From: Candidatus Methylomirabilia bacterium
GTDB lineage: Bacteria > Methylomirabilota > Methylomirabilia > Rokubacteriales > CSP1-6
Length of the DNA stretch: 45,384 bases
Reading direction: 5' to 3'
Assembly: GCA_041496385.1 (NCBI GenBank)
Contig: JBGQEL010000026.1
Span: forward strand, 1-45,384
Part shown: positions 45,127-45,384 of the stretch, in pieces
How the letters are laid out: the number at the start of each line of letters is the position of its first letter
Numbering within the stretch: position 1 is the stretch's first letter
The notes under the pieces: model-generated
The model's input: the letters and a program-made list of their open reading frames with translations, nothing else
Database searches by the model: none
Told to the model about the DNA's origin: nothing
Translations under genes and position numbers: made by a program

Positions 45127-45184
45127 CGGTCATTCTTCGTGAGCCGCGATCCCGAGTTCCGGAAACCGTAACGGGAGCCAGCGA

Positions 45185-45384
45185 ATGTCCGAGTGTGTGC
45201 GGGAAGACATCCGGCAGGCGATCGACCAGCACCACGGTGCCATGACCCGCGTGGGCCAGATGTTCTTCAATCCGGGTCTGCACGCCGTGCTCCTCTATCG
45301 CCTCAGTCGCTGGCTCTATCTCCATCACCTCGGCGTCATCGCACTGGTGGTGGGGTACCTGAGCTCCATCGTGACCGGGGCGCA
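45185..45384 (+). CDS. Serine O-acetyltransferase (CysE/WcaB-like) N-terminus, 3' truncated
   Basis: MSECVREDI...NPGLHAVLLYRLSRWLY...SIVTGA; GGGAG Shine-Dalgarno upstream. Confidence 0.7.
   Translation, partial: MSECVREDIRQAIDQHHGAMTRVGQMFFNPGLHAVLLYRLSRWLYLHHLGVIALVVGYLSSIVTGA

Overview
GC-rich bacterial chromosomal segment, densely coding, with no rRNA, tRNA, CRISPR array or transposase visible. Gene content would fit a soil lineage such as Ca. Rokubacteria/Methylomirabilota (unverified inference). In order: the 3' end of a large secreted PKD/RTX protein; a minus-strand run of RraA-like, HEAT-TPR, Kelch, ligA and an Fe3+ ABC permease plus binding protein; a divergent DtxR/MntR regulator with a TTAGG-N4-CCTAA operator; a complete ccmABCDEFGHI operon preceded by an htpX-led, non-canonical cbb3-type oxidase cluster; yceD-rpmF-plsX-fabHDG-acpP-fabF with a short RNase III and a site-2 protease; a 59-bp direct repeat; an MFS; an amine/aminophosphonate-like catabolic operon (GlnA4-like, PhnW-like, SDR, AepX-like ABC, GcvT-family FAD enzyme, MetB-like, SDR); NUDIX, small proteins, methyltransferase, M28 peptidase; an AhpD/CMD-family gene split by an in-frame TGA at CxxU followed by a SECIS-like hairpin (probable selenoprotein); and a sigma54-preceded partial CysE-like acetyltransferase. 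The best leads are the selenoprotein, the rearranged cbb3 cluster whose ccoN lacks a canonical start and lies in frame behind the htpX amber stop, the catabolic operon, two more genes that need non-canonical starts, and an RNase III with Mini-III-like catalytic residues. All family calls are from motif recognition, not database searches.
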